A stretch of 63,991 bases of DNA, filler included, from Octopus bimaculoides (lineage: Eukaryota): assembly GCF_001194135.2 (NCBI RefSeq). It is 4 parts of 4 records of this genome, joined end to end, with 100 filler letters (N's around TTAATTAATTAA, not from the genome) between each part and the next. Parts side by side here need not be neighbours in the genome. Positions count along the whole stretch, not along the records: positions 62,297 to 63,991 come from NW_026360575.1; 3 more parts are not named here. One strand, written 5' to 3'. Positions within the stretch are counted from its first letter, which is position 1, and the number at the start of each line of letters is the position of its first letter. A program made the translations under genes and the position numbers. Below are positions 63,847 through 63,991 of the stretch, piece by piece. The notes beneath the pieces are model-generated. The model was not told where the DNA came from. It ran no database searches and saw nothing but the letters and a program-made list of their open reading frames with translations.

Positions 63847-63991
63847 TTTACGAACGTATATAAGCTTATTCTTTTACGAACGTATATAAGCTTATTCTTT
63901 TACGAACGTATATAAGCTTATTCTTTTACGAACGTATATAAGCTTATTCTTTTACGAACGTATATAAGCTTATTCTTTTACGAACGTATAT
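63847..63991. repeat. Perfect 26-bp tandem repeat, at least 5.5 copies, open at the window end
   Basis: Unit tttacgaacgtatataagcttattct. Confidence 0.97.

Overview
Eukaryotic, AT-rich (roughly two-thirds A+T by eye), repeat-saturated DNA from a gapped short-read assembly. The SINE families and the microsatellite load look like a cephalopod (Octopus-like) genome; that attribution is from recognition, not a search. I cannot confirm any intact host protein-coding gene, tRNA, rRNA or CRISPR array, and nearly all listed ORFs are microsatellite or N-gap artefacts. Well supported content: dozens of tRNA-type SINE copies from about six families; four decayed Tc1/mariner remnants; a decayed Helitron Rep/helicase fragment (about 13.5-15.0 kb, minus strand); probable Penelope-like remnants with minimal hammerhead motifs; several diverged minisatellites (16, about 17, 32, about 44 bp) and one perfect 26-bp array. 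Assembly artefacts include three synthetic 100-bp joins (44N-TTAATTAATTAA-44N) and a 399-bp unmerged overlap. The best leads are an intron-containing Tc1-like transposase with D-to-E spacing near DD38E, the hammerhead motifs, repeated SINE insertion into one target, a SINE/LINE shared 3' tail, and a cluster of candidate plus-strand microexons and regulatory motifs at 46-50 kb. I did not find evidence for a new multi-gene system.
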